DNA from: Neoconidiobolus thromboides FSU 785
Taxonomy: Eukaryota > Fungi > Entomophthoromycota
NCBI GenBank assembly: GCA_025603075.1
Contig: MU626264.1
Coordinates: 158,531 to 222,530, forward strand
Direction: 5' to 3'
Length of the DNA stretch: 64,000 bases
Part shown: piece after piece, positions 63,594 through 64,000 of the stretch
Layout: every line of letters starts with the position of its first letter
Position numbering within the stretch: the first letter of the stretch is position 1
Position numbers and translations under genes: made by a program
Notes under the pieces: model-generated
Told to the model about the DNA's origin: nothing
The model's input: only the letters and a program-made list of their open reading frames with translations
Databases searched by the model: none

Positions 63594-64000
63594 TATGAAA
63601 TATCGCTTTGTCAGCTCTATGGTTGGTTACAACATAATATAATAATCAATCAAGTCATCGTGTTCCCAAGTTTAGACACAATCAATTCAAAATCCCTTTA
63701 TCTTGATTTTCTGAGAAAATTACTAACTTCACGTCACGAAGAATATTATCTTCTCGATCTGATGTCCATACTTGTTGAAGTATAAAAGAGATTCTTTAAT
63801 ATAATAACTTGAGACCCTTTAACTGAATTATCCCTTGTATTGTACCTTTAATAAAGCTACTGAACCTTTCATATAGCATCCTATGTAAATTTTATATTAG
63901 TGTTGTCTATTCCATTTGTCTTACATAGTCTGTAACCCATTACATGCTATTCTTCATAATTCAAGTCTATGTTAGTTACACAAACTAAAACCTTTCAACT
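63594..64000 (+). mobile_element. Solo-LTR-like element, copy 3 (runs off the window end)
   Basis: TATGAAATATCGCTTTGTCAGC start; TATAAAA at 63781 and AATAAA at 63850; co-linear with 11075-11473. Confidence 0.75.

Overview
AT-rich eukaryotic DNA with 45-70 bp GT-AG introns and fungal-type genes; an early-diverging fungus, possibly Conidiobolus-like Entomophthorales, is an inference. About 19 protein genes are supported: three intronless CBM21/PP1 glycogen-targeting paralogues, enoyl-CoA hydratase, epsin, a 1025-aa secreted Asn-rich repeat protein, a ZC3H11A-like CCCH protein, a small EF-hand protein, proteasome beta4, a divergent DH-PH-like protein, an orphan membrane protein, kynurenine aminotransferase, LSG1, a Myb/SANT-like protein, FZO1, choline/ethanolamine kinase, FOL1, an Stf2/Tma10-like protein and two putative GPI proteins (one 6-exon gene missed by the ORF track). 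There is also a tRNA-Phe(GAA) and a decayed, intron-retaining STI1 pseudogene. The most striking structure is a nested three-tier repeat system. Tier 1 is about 24 copies of a ~105-bp foldback MITE-like element, TA|TGGGGATG...CATCCCCA|TA. Tier 2 is a ~1.5-kb non-coding element with the same terminal motif. Tier 3 is a ~460-bp solo-LTR-like element with (CG/TA)TG...CAC(G) ends and 5-bp TSDs; all three of its copies sit inside tier 1 or tier 2 repeats. All alignments and translations were done by eye, so repeat edges are approximate.
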